Assembly: GCA_051294375.1 (NCBI GenBank)
Contig: CM119268.1
Location: 4,788,666 to 4,852,665, forward strand
Direction: 5' to 3'
DNA from: Paraspadella gotoi
Taxonomy: Eukaryota > Animalia > Chaetognatha
DNA: 64,000 bases
A program made the position numbers and the translations under genes. Positions 62,301-64,000 of the stretch are shown here, in pieces; within the stretch, counting starts at the first letter, position 1, and every line of letters starts with the position of its first letter. Below the pieces are notes generated by a model. The model ran no database searches, was not told the origin of the DNA, and saw only the letters and a program-made list of their open reading frames with translations.

Positions 62301-63410
62301 CATCTCGCTCTCTCTCTCTGCCTTCTCTATCTTGTCCTTCGCCCCGTCTCCGCGACGATCGCCGGAAAGACGATCGTCGTCGTTGAGAGGAATATCGTCG
62401 TTAAGTTCTTCCTTGATCTCAAACTCTACCGCCTCCCCTTCTTCTTCCTCCCCTTCTTCCTCCTCCCAAACCCCTTCCGCTTCCTCCCCCACCGCCTTCA
62501 GCAAACCCACGAGCTCTTCCAAGCCGACCACTTTCAGTCCGCGTCTCTCCTCTCGATCTTCGATCCGAATCGACGCCCGAAATGTCGAGTGGCTCGTCGA
62601 GTCGCTCCTAGTCAGTCTGAAGGAGAGAAGATGAGAAAGATCTTAAAGTCGCGAGAAACTTAGGACTCCCGGATTGGCATTGCGAAAATTTCAATTATTC
62701 AGACTTAAATAAAGCTAGCCTTTAACCACCATAACCTGTCCAAAGTCAGGGGGGCAAGATATTTATTAAATTATTGGAAAATTCTTATATTGGTTGACGC
62801 TTGTAACAATTTTACATAAAAACGAAAGCGACTATGTGAACCCATTAATTAATATCGTTTCGATTACATTGATTTATTTGACTTCCTGCCGACGCACTCG
62901 ATAGCCAACTTTCTCTCCTGCCGACGCACACACCTTACGACGCTGCCGATGGCGACCCCGCCGTCGGCGTCAACGACGACGCGAGCAAAGACGACCTCGT
63001 TACGCGCATGCGCGGCCATCGCCCATCCGACGGGAAGGAAGTTAGAAGAGGCGACGAGGTCTTGGAAAGAGGCGGGGTGTCTGAGCGGGGGAAAGGGTGA
63101 ACTGTGAAGGGGTAAAAGATTGAGGGGCGGAGGAAAGGGTGAACTGTGAAGGGGTAAAAGATTGAGGGGCGGAGGAAAGGGCTAAAAAGGCGTAATAGAA
63201 ATTAACTAGGGGAAATGGATAAGGAGAAATGGTTAAAGATTAACATTCAAAAGATTTTCAGAAGATACCGCAAAATTCTCTTCGGTAAAATTTCGCTTTT
63301 ATAATTTGAAAACTATTTTAATTATTCTGCCATGTTTTAGTGATATAATTTATGCCAATGTCATTCACCCACCTCCCATTGACACGGCGAGATTGATCCT
63401 CGGAGAACAT
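59161..63410 (-). CDS. Multi-C2H2 zinc-finger protein, ~11 fingers (exons 63410-63373, 63080-62934, 62616-61914, 61177-60907, 60455-60314, 60200-60095, 59894-59703, 59614-59471, 59283-59161; frameshift near 61950)
   Basis: Repeated CxxC...HxxxH units, e.g. CEICEKSFKTKSDMRSHQSSH and CGKCGKRLKSRVTLRTHLTRVH. All junctions are GT/AG and in phase if one frameshift in exon 3 is allowed. Confidence 0.85.
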
Positions 63411-63847
63411 AATGTCGTTTTCTTTGTTATCCTATTTAAAAGCCAGCGTGGATCCGATTCATTTTTACCAAAAGTTAATTATAAAAATTCGGTCCGTAAC
63501 GCTGATCGTAATGTCTTTATATGAGGCTGGATTAAAAGATTCACAAGTAAAGAACAAAAAAAGCTAACAGTGAGAGATCAGTCAGTATTCCGAGCGGTAC
63601 TGCGCGATTCTATAATTTAAGTCGCATACGAACGCTTATCGAAATCATTCATGAAAAGAATTAACAAAAATTAAACTATTAATATTCAAGAACTTGCCGT
63701 TTGAAAGAGACGATATTGTGCAACAACAAAAAATTTTATTGGCGTAAAGAAGGAAAAAAAATTACAATTTAAAATGTAATGAGGCAACTTAAAACATTTA
63801 ATTAACGTTTCATTAAATAATCTTTCTCCTCCTCCTCCTCCCTCCAA

Positions 63848-64000
63848 TCATCTCAAGAACTCGTCGACGATCCTTTCCATGTCTTTCTCCCTCAACTGAA
63901 GATGCGCTCCGGGGACGAGAAGGAAGTGGAGTCTCCCTTCAGCCTCCATTTGACTCAAACCGAGGAGATCCTCGCGATAGAGACGAGACTCTTGGATGGG
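63848..64000 (-). CDS. PPT1: Palmitoyl-protein thioesterase 1, last exon (gene continues beyond the window)
   Basis: PIQESRLYREDLLGLSQMEAEGRLHFLLVPGAHLQL...EFLR* matches the PPT1 C-terminal pattern (LYxEDxLGLxxM...GxL.F....GxHLQ) including the catalytic His. Confidence 0.85.
   Translation of the reverse strand, partial: PIQESRLYREDLLGLSQMEAEGRLHFLLVPGAHLQLREKDMERIVDEFLR

Noticed and set aside
61602-62663. 353-aa plus-strand ORF
   Set aside because: It is the antisense shadow of the GC-rich zinc-finger exon 3 and has no recognisable motifs.

Overview
AT-rich, intron-containing animal genomic DNA, probably arthropod (an inference from interstitial TTAGG arrays and the gene content), with many (AG)n microsatellites and two N gaps. 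Gene models were assembled by hand from GT/AG junctions and exon phases. From left to right: a decayed LTR-retrotransposon gag fragment; two tandem six-exon arylamine N-acetyltransferase (NAT)-like paralogues (-); and an orphan cluster at about 19.9-36.2 kb. That cluster holds two paralogous signal peptide/coiled-coil/TM proteins, each next to a small low-complexity protein ending in a shared RHIM-like beta motif, plus a third coiled-coil gene. After it come a class B1 (secretin-family) GPCR (+), a multi-C2H2 zinc-finger gene (-) with an apparent frameshift, and the 3' end of palmitoyl-protein thioesterase 1 (-). The most notable non-coding finds are a complete 656-bp miniature LTR retroelement (TRIM) whose 234-bp LTRs carry a tRNA-Gly-like module, a matching solo LTR, an inverted pair of minimal Penelope-type hammerhead ribozyme motifs, Helentron/DINE-like elements and several MITEs. 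No database searches were run; family calls rest on motif recognition.
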